Source: Bacteroidota bacterium (GTDB lineage: Bacteria; Bacteroidota; Bacteroidia; UKL13-3). From it: a stretch of DNA of 64,000 nt. The notes below the pieces were generated by a model. It was not told the DNA's origin. It saw nothing but the letters and a program-made list of their open reading frames with translations, and did not search any database. How positions within the stretch are numbered: the first letter of the stretch is position 1; each line of letters starts with the position of its first letter. The position numbers and the translations under genes were made by a program. Of this stretch, positions 25,788 to 35,749 are shown piece after piece. Location of the stretch: positions 14,139-78,138 of the forward strand of contig JAIYAT010000025.1 of assembly GCA_027488905.1 (NCBI GenBank), given 5' to 3'.

Positions 25788-26579
25788 ATGAAGCGAAGTC
25801 TTCTTTTGATTAGTTTTTTGAGTCTTGCTTTTATAAGCAAGACTCAATCTTTAAAAGAGTTTACCTACCTAAAAGACAGGTATCACCTAGAAAGCTATTT
25901 TAATTTTTCTGCCATGCTGGCAAATATTGATAATCCTGCTGCGCCAAACAATCGGCAAGCGCATAAACAAAGTGTGCTATTTATCGACTTATACTACCTC
26001 AAACCTAATTTTAATAAGGGTGGTTTGAACCGACGCAGCGACTATAAATTATTACCAGATATTTTTTGGCTATTCAAACAAATTACCGAAAAGGATGAAA
26101 GCAAATTGAATGCTAGTCAGGGTAGTTCCATTTCTGGTGGAATAATTGGTTGGCATCAATGGACCTGGAATCTCACTGCAAAACCACAGCAATGCATAAG
26201 CATAGGATTAACTATTAGTGACTATTTTATTGGTTCAATTTATTTAGATAGCACTCAGTCGAAAATAGTTTTACACGAACCTCAAGGTTGGCAAATAGGA
26301 GCTGGGCCGGTGATAGGAATTTCTCAAAGGCTTTCTAATTCATTTATTTTAATTGGTTCAACCGCCTATGTTCCTTCCTTTTTAAAGCCAGTAAGTGTTA
26401 GTTATGCAAAAGAAGATGAGAACTATCCTAAACCGCATTTTTTGCATTTGAATTTAACACTTATGAGTAAGTGGGGTTTATTTGCAGAAGGTCAACTTGT
26501 ACAACTCATCAATAATGGGAACTTGCCTAATACTACTAGACGTCTCGATCTGAAACTTGGGTTTGCATTTGTACTATAA
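25788..26579 (+). CDS. secreted protein of unknown function
   Basis: 263 aa with signal peptide MKRSLLLISFLSLAFISKTQS. Starts 5 nt after the preceding gene. Confidence 0.6.
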   Translation: MKRSLLLISFLSLAFISKTQSLKEFTYLKDRYHLESYFNFSAMLANIDNPAAPNNRQAHKQSVLFIDLYYLKPNFNKGGLNRRSDYKLLPDIFWLFKQITEKDESKLNASQGSSISGGIIGWHQWTWNLTAKPQQCISIGLTISDYFIGSIYLDSTQSKIVLHEPQGWQIGAGPVIGISQRLSNSFILIGSTAYVPSFLKPVSVSYAKEDENYPKPHFLHLNLTLMSKWGLFAEGQLVQLINNGNLPNTTRRLDLKLGFAFVL

Positions 26580-28467
26580 TAGGTAAATAAAGCTTAAGCT
26601 CTGTTCCATGCCCAGGGCTGCTATTGATAATAAGTTGCATGCCATTTTCATTAGCCCTGCTTTCCATATTACGCAAGCCATAGCCTGCAGCATAATGATC
26701 TTCTAATTTAAAACCCTTACCGTTATCCCTCATGATAAGGTGAAGGTTGTTTTCTTGAACCTTCACCTCAATGAGCAAATGACTACAATAAGCATATTTA
26801 ATAGCATTAGTAATTCCTTCTTTTAAAATCCTATAAACATGCAAGCTTTGAGCTGGTGATAAGATTATAGAAGGGATAGTTTCTGGCAAAACTAATTGTA
26901 TTCTACCCACCTCTAAAATACTTTTGGTGTTGTCTGTAAGCCTTATAAATAGCTGTTCTAAGGTGCTTTGAGTTTGATGAATAGCCCAAATTGTATCACG
27001 CAAACTTCTCATTGCAGACCGCATTTTTTCTGCAAGGTCGTTCAATCGCTCTCTTTGTATAATATTGGTTTCTGCATAGGCCCTCAAATCCATTTCTGAA
27101 GCAATCCATGTAAGCTCTGCACCAAGATTATCATGTAAATCCCTTGATATTCTAACTCTCTCTTCGTTCATGGCCAATTGGTTTTGTTGAGCCAATTGCC
27201 TTTTCTTTTGCTGATAATATAACCAATAAGCACCAAATGCAATCATTAATATAAATGCTACTCCAGTGCTTAGTAAAAGCATATTGGTACGTCTTACTAA
27301 AATTACTTGAGTTTGTAAAAGCGTTCGGTCTTTATTTAGCGTTTCGTTTTTATGTCGCTCTAATTGATATTTTGCGCTATAGTTCTGAACCAAAGTGTTG
27401 GTCTCTAAATTATAAACACTATCTGCGCAAGACTTGTGCAACTCTAGGAAATAAAGGGCTTTGCTTGGATTCTTATTTAGTTTATGCCATTCATAAAGGT
27501 CAAATAAAATATTTTGAGTTTGATCTAGAAGTTTGTTCTTTCGGGCAAAATACAACGCTTCTTCAAAGTTTTCTAGTGCTTTCTTTTGTTGGTTCAAGTC
27601 GCTAAAACAAAAACCCAAATTACGATGAACATTGGCTAAACCGGGCTCGTCTCCTTGCTCTTCATATGCAGCTAAGGCTTTAGTATAATATTCTTTTCCT
27701 TCCTCTGGCCTATTAGTTAACCTGCATAAAACGCCAAAAGATTCGTAATACTTTGCTCTTTCATTCGCATAAGCTTTCAGTTCCATGTAAGGCTTTACAG
27801 TCATCATTAACAACTCAGCCTTTCTTGTATCTCCAGCTTTTCGGAATAAAATAGATTGGTTAACCTTTGCAAGAGCCTCACTTCTTTCATCGCCAATTGC
27901 ATGCGCCAATTCTCTTGACTTTGTATACCATTGCATGGCTTCTTCATTGGCTTTGTATTTTTCAAAAAGGGTACCCATGTTATTGCACATTTGAACTAAA
28001 TGCGCCGTATCAGATAATTTCTCATAAATAAAACATGCCTTGCCATAAGCTATTATGCTTTGTTTATAATTGCCAATTTCATAATAGGCCTGGCCAATTT
28101 TTGCCAAGTTTGCTGCCGCCAATGAAGATTTGTTTGCCTTCATTCGTATGGCATATGCACGTTGGTTCAAACTAATAACGGAATCATATTTACCAATTAC
28201 TAAATAGGGCATGCTCAAATCGTTCAACGCCTGTGCAAGCAATAATGAGTCGGGTTGAACCAAAGCATCTTTTACTGCTAAGCCTCCATAATGTGCTGCT
28301 AACCCTGGGTCCTCATACATTAATTGGTAACTTAATTCTCCTAAGGTTTTAATGCGGGGCGCACCTTTTTGAATGTAAACTAGATTTTTTAATGAATCTA
28401 AATTTTGCGCTTGCGCCCCAAAAAAACTGAGGGTAAATAAGATGAATTGTAAAAGATGTTTGCGCAT
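26536..28467 (-). CDS. TPR-repeat sensor histidine kinase (HisKA_3 plus HATPase_c)
   Basis: Signal peptide, TPR repeats, one TM, H-box RISRDLHDNLGAEL, and ATPase boxes EGITNAIKYA and DNGKGF..GYGLRNMESR. ATG at 28467; the ORF-track start at 28476 is TTG. Confidence 0.9.
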   Translation of the reverse strand: MRKHLLQFILFTLSFFGAQAQNLDSLKNLVYIQKGAPRIKTLGELSYQLMYEDPGLAAHYGGLAVKDALVQPDSLLLAQALNDLSMPYLVIGKYDSVISLNQRAYAIRMKANKSSLAAANLAKIGQAYYEIGNYKQSIIAYGKACFIYEKLSDTAHLVQMCNNMGTLFEKYKANEEAMQWYTKSRELAHAIGDERSEALAKVNQSILFRKAGDTRKAELLMMTVKPYMELKAYANERAKYYESFGVLCRLTNRPEEGKEYYTKALAAYEEQGDEPGLANVHRNLGFCFSDLNQQKKALENFEEALYFARKNKLLDQTQNILFDLYEWHKLNKNPSKALYFLELHKSCADSVYNLETNTLVQNYSAKYQLERHKNETLNKDRTLLQTQVILVRRTNMLLLSTGVAFILMIAFGAYWLYYQQKKRQLAQQNQLAMNEERVRISRDLHDNLGAELTWIASEMDLRAYAETNIIQRERLNDLAEKMRSAMRSLRDTIWAIHQTQSTLEQLFIRLTDNTKSILEVGRIQLVLPETIPSIILSPAQSLHVYRILKEGITNAIKYAYCSHLLIEVKVQENNLHLIMRDNGKGFKLEDHYAAGYGLRNMESRANENGMQLIINSSPGHGTELKLYLPIIVQMQTQVSDRDV

Positions 28468-28515
28468 AGGTGTCAAATATAGGAAATAGCCTATATTCTA
28501 ACTTACATTTGCCGC

Positions 28516-29139
28516 ATGAATCGCTTAGTATTTATATCTCTTCTGGTGCTATTAGCCTGTAATTCAGAAAAAAAACAATTGCCTATCTTGGGTGAAAGAA
28601 CAACCAAAACAGCTAATGTAAATGGAGAAAATAGCGTAGACACCATTTATGCAACTGTTCCCTATTTTTCATTTATCAATCAAAATGGCGATAGTTTATC
28701 CCAAAAGGATGTAAATGGGAAAATTTATGTAGCTGATTTTTTCTTTATTTCCTGTCCAACCATTTGCCCAGTTATGAAAAAGGAAATGATTAGGGTATTT
28801 AATGCATTCAAAGGAGATACAGCACTAATGTTGTTAAGCCATACTATCGACCCTGTGCATGATACTATTACCTTGCTTAAACAATATGCTGCCGACTTAG
28901 GTTCAGACGGCAAACAATGGCAATTTTTAACTGGGGAAAGAGAGCGCATCTACGAGATGGCAGAGAAGGGTTATTATGCAACGGCTATGCCCGATAGCAC
29001 GGCACCTGGTGGTTTTGTGCACAGTGGTGGTTTTATCTTAGTAGATAGGTTATCTCGCGTTAGAGGTATATATGACGGCACAGATGCCAAGCAAGTGGAT
29101 CAATTAATTGAAGATATCTCAGTTTTGAAGCAAGAATGA
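28516..29139 (+). CDS. SCO1/SenC family copper chaperone (thioredoxin fold)
   Basis: 207 aa with the CxxxC motif FFISCPTICP and a conserved His region (LLSHTIDPVHD). Confidence 0.88.
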   Translation: MNRLVFISLLVLLACNSEKKQLPILGERTTKTANVNGENSVDTIYATVPYFSFINQNGDSLSQKDVNGKIYVADFFFISCPTICPVMKKEMIRVFNAFKGDTALMLLSHTIDPVHDTITLLKQYAADLGSDGKQWQFLTGERERIYEMAEKGYYATAMPDSTAPGGFVHSGGFILVDRLSRVRGIYDGTDAKQVDQLIEDISVLKQE

Positions 29140-29540
29140 AACACCTAGTTTTAATAGTTTTCTTTTTTTCTATTGCAGCCTGCTCAGATGGAGAGCTAAC
29201 AAATATGCATAGGCTTAGCAATGGTGCCAAATTGTATAAAACAAATTGTGCCAACTGCCACCAAGAAAAAGGTGAGGGATTAGCTAGATTAATGCCGCCT
29301 ATTATGCTAAGCGATTGGCTGCTAGCTAATATGAAGGAGCTGCCCTGTCTAATTAAAAATGGAAGCAAACAACCTATGCTTGTAAATGGAGTTCTTTATA
29401 AACAAGCTATGCCAAGTTTATCGCATCTCTCGGATTCTGAGGTAAAGGATATTTGTGTTTTTGTGGCTCAAAAGTTTGGAAATTTAACCTTTGAGCAGGC
29501 TAACGTAATGTTTTCCGATTCTTTAAATTCTTGCAACTAG
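29136..29540 (+). CDS. c-type cytochrome (lipoprotein)
   Basis: 134 aa with lipobox FFFSIAAC, heme motif CANCH and a distal Met (KQAMPS). ATGA overlap with the SCO gene. Confidence 0.85.
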   Translation: MKHLVLIVFFFSIAACSDGELTNMHRLSNGAKLYKTNCANCHQEKGEGLARLMPPIMLSDWLLANMKELPCLIKNGSKQPMLVNGVLYKQAMPSLSHLSDSEVKDICVFVAQKFGNLTFEQANVMFSDSLNSCN

Positions 29541-29593
29541 GTTTTGCGAATTCAGATAATCAAACTAAGTTTGTCAACCCAAATATTACCATT

Positions 29594-30706
29594 ATGATCA
29601 TTGGTGTTCCAAAAGAAATTAAAAACAACGAAAACCGCGTGGGTTTAACCCCAGCTGGAGTTTCAGCATTTACCAGAGCAAATCATCAAGTGTATGTTCA
29701 AGCCACCGCCGGAAATGGAAGTGGATTTAGTGACGAAGAATATGCTGCTGCTGGTGCAATCATTTTACCTAGCATCGAAGAAATTTACGGCAAAGCTGAG
29801 ATGATTATTAAGGTAAAAGAACCAATTGAAAAAGAATATCCTCTTATAAAAGAAGGACAATTATTGTTCACTTATTTTCACTTTGCTTCATACGAGCCTT
29901 TAACAAACGCAATGTTTGAACGCAAAGCGGTTTGTTTGGCTTATGAAACTGTTGAGAAAAAAGACCGCTCACTACCTTTATTGGTGCCAATGAGTGAGGT
30001 TGCTGGTAGAATGAGTATCCAAGAAGGTGCAAAGTATCTTGAAAAGCCAATGGGTGGTAGAGGTATTTTATTGGGTGGTGTTCCCGGAGTTAAGCCAGCT
30101 CAAGTGCTTGTATTAGGCGGTGGTATTGTGGGCACGCAAGCGGCTAAAATGGCTGCTGGTATGGCTGCAGACGTTACTATCATGGATATTTCTATTCCTC
30201 GTTTAAGAGAACTAGATGATATTCTTCCTGCAAATGTTAAAACTGTTTTTTCTAATGATTATAATATCAAAGAGGCTATCAAAACTGCCGATTTAATTGT
30301 TGGAGCTGTTTTAATTCCAGGAGCAAAAGCCCCTCATTTAATCACTCGTGATATGTTGGGTTTAATGAGAAAAGGTACTGTTTTGGTAGATGTTGCGGTA
30401 GACCAAGGTGGTTGTATCGAAACGTGTAAGCCAACAACACACGAGAATCCAACATACGAAATTGACGGTATCATTCATTATTGCGTAGCAAATATGCCTG
30501 GTGCAGTGCCATACACTTCAACGTTAGCTTTAACAAATGCAACCTTGCCATATGCATTGCAATTGGCCAACAAAGGCTGGAAACAAGCTTGTGTAGACAA
30601 TGAAGAATTAAGATTAGGCTTAAACGTAGTGCACGGAAAAGTGGTTTATAAAGGCGTTTCAGATGCATTTGGATTACCATTCACCCCAGTAGCAGAAATA
30701 CTATAA
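29594..30706 (+). CDS. ald: alanine dehydrogenase
   Basis: MIIGVPKEIKNNENRVGLTPAGV N-terminus and NAD fold VLGGGIVGTQAAKMAAGMAADV. The ATG at 29594 was verified in the sequence. Confidence 0.93.
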   Translation: MIIGVPKEIKNNENRVGLTPAGVSAFTRANHQVYVQATAGNGSGFSDEEYAAAGAIILPSIEEIYGKAEMIIKVKEPIEKEYPLIKEGQLLFTYFHFASYEPLTNAMFERKAVCLAYETVEKKDRSLPLLVPMSEVAGRMSIQEGAKYLEKPMGGRGILLGGVPGVKPAQVLVLGGGIVGTQAAKMAAGMAADVTIMDISIPRLRELDDILPANVKTVFSNDYNIKEAIKTADLIVGAVLIPGAKAPHLITRDMLGLMRKGTVLVDVAVDQGGCIETCKPTTHENPTYEIDGIIHYCVANMPGAVPYTSTLALTNATLPYALQLANKGWKQACVDNEELRLGLNVVHGKVVYKGVSDAFGLPFTPVAEIL

Positions 30707-30730
30707 GTTATTAAATTTATATACTTAAAA

Positions 30731-30769
30731 GGCTGTTTCAAAGTAATTTTGAAACAGCCTTTTTGTTTT
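30731..30769. terminator. bidirectional rho-independent terminator between ald and the convergent anti-sigma gene
   Basis: 12 bp perfect stem GGCTGTTTCAAA/TTTGAAACAGCC with a 5 nt loop. TTTTTGTTTT on the plus side and an A-run upstream that serves the minus strand. Confidence 0.85.
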
Positions 30770-30811
30770 GGATGCGTTATTTAATTTATAATAATTTGAT
30801 CTGTTCAAGCA

Positions 30812-32368
30812 TTAAAATCTTTTTCTCAAGAAAATATTTAGTCCAATGCTCCAAGGTCTTTGACCAATCCAGTTTTCAGCGCTTACCATGTTATTCATTC
30901 CTATCCTAAGTTGTGGCATTAATCCAACATCCAACATTGTATTCATTTGCCAAGTTACCGCCGGAGCAACATTTAAAAACCACATATTTTTGTAGGTAGG
31001 AAATGACGCTTTGTCACTAACAACCATCAAGCCAACACAGCTTTGATCAGGCAAGTAGGCATTTACTAGGTTAAGCTTTCCAAAACTTGCTCCCAGGTTC
31101 AGATCGAATCCTAAATTCTGCCCACGAAATAGCTTATAGCCAATCCAAACTGGGATTTCTGTAAAGCTGTATTTATTTTTTGTAGAATATGTTGCTCCAA
31201 CCACAATAGAATCCGAATTGTGTAGGTAAAAGTTTTCTCCATAACCTCTAGCGGGCACAGAATCAGCATTGGTTAAATTGTACTTAACATCTTGGGTAAA
31301 AGATAAAATTCCAACGCCTGCGCGCACATATAGCTTTTCTGTAATTGCGTATTCACCTGAAAGGTTGGCGCTAAAATCAAATTCGGGGACTTCAATTTCT
31401 TTTCTAAGGGCCAAAGTTTTATCAAGGTTTTGGCTGCTATTGCTTGGTGCCATTAATTGCATAAAACTAAGGTGCATGCCAATATTTGCAACAATCGAAA
31501 GTTTTGATAAATCTAGGTCGCTTTCCATATAAACATTGGATTTTGCAATTGGCGCTGCTAACTGTGAGTCAAGTAAAGATTTTATAGGAGTGGTAGTTTT
31601 TTCTGAAACAATCTCTCTTCCAGCGCTTTGATTTTCGGCAGGTGCCGCCACAGAAGGCAAAGGCGTTGGAATTTGGTTTGCTGCCATAACCTGCTGCGTT
31701 TCTATTGGTTTATTAATTGGGGCCTCTGTTTTAGTTGCCTCTTTAGAAACTTTTGTAAGCTCCGATGATTTTGTTTTTTTGCTGTAGTTAGCAAATTTAG
31801 CCTGAGAAATTTTGGATTTAACTTTTGAACTATTTTCAGTTTGGTTCAACCCGAATGCGGCTTTATTACCTTTGTTTTGAGGAACAACGCTTGAACTAGT
31901 AAGTGCTTTTTCAGTAGTTTGATTTTGAGATTTGTTTTTTGCACCAGTGTTTTTTAAATCCTTGTTTTCGAAATTAGAAGCAGTCCTGCGCTTAAGTTTA
32001 GGTTTTTCTTCTAAGGTGTTAAATTTCTCGGTTTCGGTTTGAACCAAAGCCTCGTTTGCAATATTTTGATTAAATTGATATAGGCTTATACCTCCAGCAA
32101 TTGCAGTAATAAGCAAAATGCTAGACAGCCAAATCCATCCAAAGCGTTTTTTCTTTTCAGGAAGTTGCGCTTCTAGTTGTTCCCAAGTTTCTTCTTTTGG
32201 ATCAACAGTGAAATCCTGCAATTTATTTTGCAATTTAGGTTCAAAGGTATCTGAACCAATATTTTGAGCAATCTTGTCCCATAAGGCATCTGAAGGTTTG
32301 AACTCCATCCCATCTAGGCTCTCTTGCAGTTGCTGTTCAAAACTATTTTGCTTCTTCAAAGGGTTCAT
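30812..32368 (-). CDS. anti-sigma-like membrane protein with a low-complexity linker and a C-terminal beta-barrel-like domain
   Basis: 518 aa. Roughly 80 aa cytoplasmic N-terminus, a TM (FGWIWLSSILLITAIAGGISLY), a Ser/Lys/Asn/Thr-rich linker and a beta-rich C-terminus ending in ...FLRKRF. Overlaps the upstream ECF sigma gene by 26 nt. Confidence 0.65.
   Translation of the reverse strand: MNPLKKQNSFEQQLQESLDGMEFKPSDALWDKIAQNIGSDTFEPKLQNKLQDFTVDPKEETWEQLEAQLPEKKKRFGWIWLSSILLITAIAGGISLYQFNQNIANEALVQTETEKFNTLEEKPKLKRRTASNFENKDLKNTGAKNKSQNQTTEKALTSSSVVPQNKGNKAAFGLNQTENSSKVKSKISQAKFANYSKKTKSSELTKVSKEATKTEAPINKPIETQQVMAANQIPTPLPSVAAPAENQSAGREIVSEKTTTPIKSLLDSQLAAPIAKSNVYMESDLDLSKLSIVANIGMHLSFMQLMAPSNSSQNLDKTLALRKEIEVPEFDFSANLSGEYAITEKLYVRAGVGILSFTQDVKYNLTNADSVPARGYGENFYLHNSDSIVVGATYSTKNKYSFTEIPVWIGYKLFRGQNLGFDLNLGASFGKLNLVNAYLPDQSCVGLMVVSDKASFPTYKNMWFLNVAPAVTWQMNTMLDVGLMPQLRIGMNNMVSAENWIGQRPWSIGLNIFLRKRF
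32030..32050 (+). repeat. 21-nt block GGTTTCGGTTTGAACCAAAGC, identical to 55358..55378
   Basis: Exact identity counted base by base. Lies inside the anti-sigma-like gene, where it encodes ALVQTET. Confidence 0.95.
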
Positions 32369-32906
32369 TCATTATTTGATAATGCTTGGCCAATAAGGCT
32401 TGCATACATTGTTTGGCTCTTGAGTATTGAGATTTAGAAGTTCCTACAGCAATATTTAGCCTCTCAGAAATTTCTTTGTGGGTATAACCTTCAATGGCAT
32501 AAAGGTTAAAGATTGCACGATAGCCTTCAGGCAAATGTTGTATTAAGGCAACAATTTCCTTGGCACTAATTTTTTCTAAAAGTTCATCATGGTAAACGGC
32601 ATCAAAGTTTTCTTGGTCGAGGTCTTCTTGAAATTTCCTGCTTCTGTGTTTGTAGTGGTTGATGGCATTATATACCATAATTCGTCTCACCCAACCTTCA
32701 AAACTGCCTTCACCCTTAAACTTAGAAATGCCCTGAAAAACTTTTAGAAAACCTTCTTGCAACATGTCTTCGGCTTCTGAACGGTCCTTTGCATATCTCA
32801 TGCAAACACCTAGCATTTTTCCCGCAAAGTGTTCATACAAAGCTTTTTGAGCGGAACGTTCTCCCTCAATACAGCCTTGAATGATATTTACTTCGTTATA
32901 TGCCAT
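32343..32906 (-). CDS. ECF-type RNA polymerase sigma-70 family factor
   Basis: 187 aa. Region 2 (DAEDMLQEGFLKVF, WVRRIMVYNAINHYK) and region 4 (GYTHKEISERLNIAVGTSKSQYSRA). Confidence 0.9.
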   Translation of the reverse strand: MAYNEVNIIQGCIEGERSAQKALYEHFAGKMLGVCMRYAKDRSEAEDMLQEGFLKVFQGISKFKGEGSFEGWVRRIMVYNAINHYKHRSRKFQEDLDQENFDAVYHDELLEKISAKEIVALIQHLPEGYRAIFNLYAIEGYTHKEISERLNIAVGTSKSQYSRAKQCMQALLAKHYQIMNEPFEEAK

Positions 32907-33095
32907 GGTATTTCTGCTATGAAAGGAGTCAATTCTAATCTGCTTTGGGTTGTATCTTTGTCACGAAAATAGCAAGTTTTTCACCCATAAGGACAAAAAT
33001 TCTAGGCTTTAGTGTAAAACTGTCAGCATTTTTTGCTTGGCATAGCTTTGGCTAAATGACAAGAGTAATAAATAACCAATATAAATTAAAATTAT

Positions 33096-33383
33096 ATGTC
33101 AGTAAATTTAAAACCCATTGCAGGAACTCAAAACCGCGTAGTGGTTGAGCCTGCGCCAGCAGAAGAAAAAACAGCTTCAGGTATTATTATTCCTGATACT
33201 GCAAAAGAAAAACCACAAAGAGGAACAGTAGTTTCTGTGAGTGAAGTAGATGAAAAAGGAAACAAACCTGCGGTAAAAGCTGGAGATGTTGTGCTTTATG
33301 GAAAGTATGCAGGAACTGAAATTACTGTAGAAGGTAAAGATTATTTGATCATGCGCGAAAGTGACATTTTTGCTACCATTTAA
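33096..33383 (+). CDS. groES: co-chaperonin GroES
   Basis: 95 aa with [18 protein letters not shown] and [13 protein letters not shown]. Confidence 0.97.
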   Translation: MSVNLKPIAGTQNRVVVEPAPAEEKTASGIIIPDTAKEKPQRGTVVSVSEVDEKGNKPAVKAGDVVLYGKYAGTEITVEGKDYLIMRESDIFATI

Positions 33384-33389
33384 TTTTAA

Positions 33390-35045
<1,656 letters not shown>

Positions 35046-35093
35046 ATCAGGATTGAGTTGGAGTGTGAGTAGGTAGATCCTGCTATAAAAAAA

Positions 35094-35124
35094 ATCCCGA
35101 AGCTTTTGCTTCGGGATTTTTTTT
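35094..35124 (+). terminator. rho-independent terminator after groEL
   Basis: 10 bp stem ATCCCGAAGC/GCTTCGGGAT, loop TTTT, followed by a T-run. Confidence 0.88.
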
Positions 35125-35182
35125 GTAACTTTTTTTGACAATTTAAGTTATAGGTGTAAAAACAGGTAAACCCAAACACTTT

Positions 35183-35749
35183 ATGTCAAATGAAACCAAA
35201 GCTCAACAGGAGGAGTGGCAGCAAATACAGCTTGCTCTTCAAAATCTGGATGATTTTGCCCCTTTGTATAAAAAGTATATAAGGCCCATTTTTAATTATT
35301 GCTACCATAAAGTTGGCAATCAAGAAGAAGCCAAAGACATTGCTCAACAGGTTTTTGTGAAGGCAATGTTAAATCTTAAGTCCTTTAGAAATAAAGGGTA
35401 TGGATTAGGTCCATGGTTGTATAAAATTGCTTTAAATGAGGTAAATGATTGGTTTAAAAAGCAAAGCAAAGAAGAAGTTTGGCTAAATCAAGCTAGGCTA
35501 TGGGAAGAAATGGGAGTTGTTGACCCAAGCCAATCAGAAAGAATTAGCGATGAAATGTTGGAAAAAGTATTGACCCAAATTAAACCTGCTGCTCTAGAAA
35601 TCATACGATTAAGGTATTTCGAAAACATGTCGAATGCTATGGTTGCTGAGGTTTTAGCCATTTCCGAATCGAATGTTAAAGTACGCTTGCATAGAACTAT
35701 CCATGAATTAAAGAGTCACCTTTCTAAAATACTAAAACATGAAAACTAA
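35183..35749 (+). CDS. ECF-type RNA polymerase sigma-70 family factor
   Basis: 188 aa with region 2 (EEAKDIAQQVFVKA, WLYKIALNEVNDWF) and region 4 (MSNAMVAEVLAISESNVKVRLHR). Confidence 0.88.
   Translation: MSNETKAQQEEWQQIQLALQNLDDFAPLYKKYIRPIFNYCYHKVGNQEEAKDIAQQVFVKAMLNLKSFRNKGYGLGPWLYKIALNEVNDWFKKQSKEEVWLNQARLWEEMGVVDPSQSERISDEMLEKVLTQIKPAALEIIRLRYFENMSNAMVAEVLAISESNVKVRLHRTIHELKSHLSKILKHEN

Noticed and set aside
32907-33095. CIRCE / HrcA operator upstream of groES
   Set aside because: I searched the spacer by eye for TTAGCACTC-N9-GAGTGCTAA on both strands and found no match or near match.
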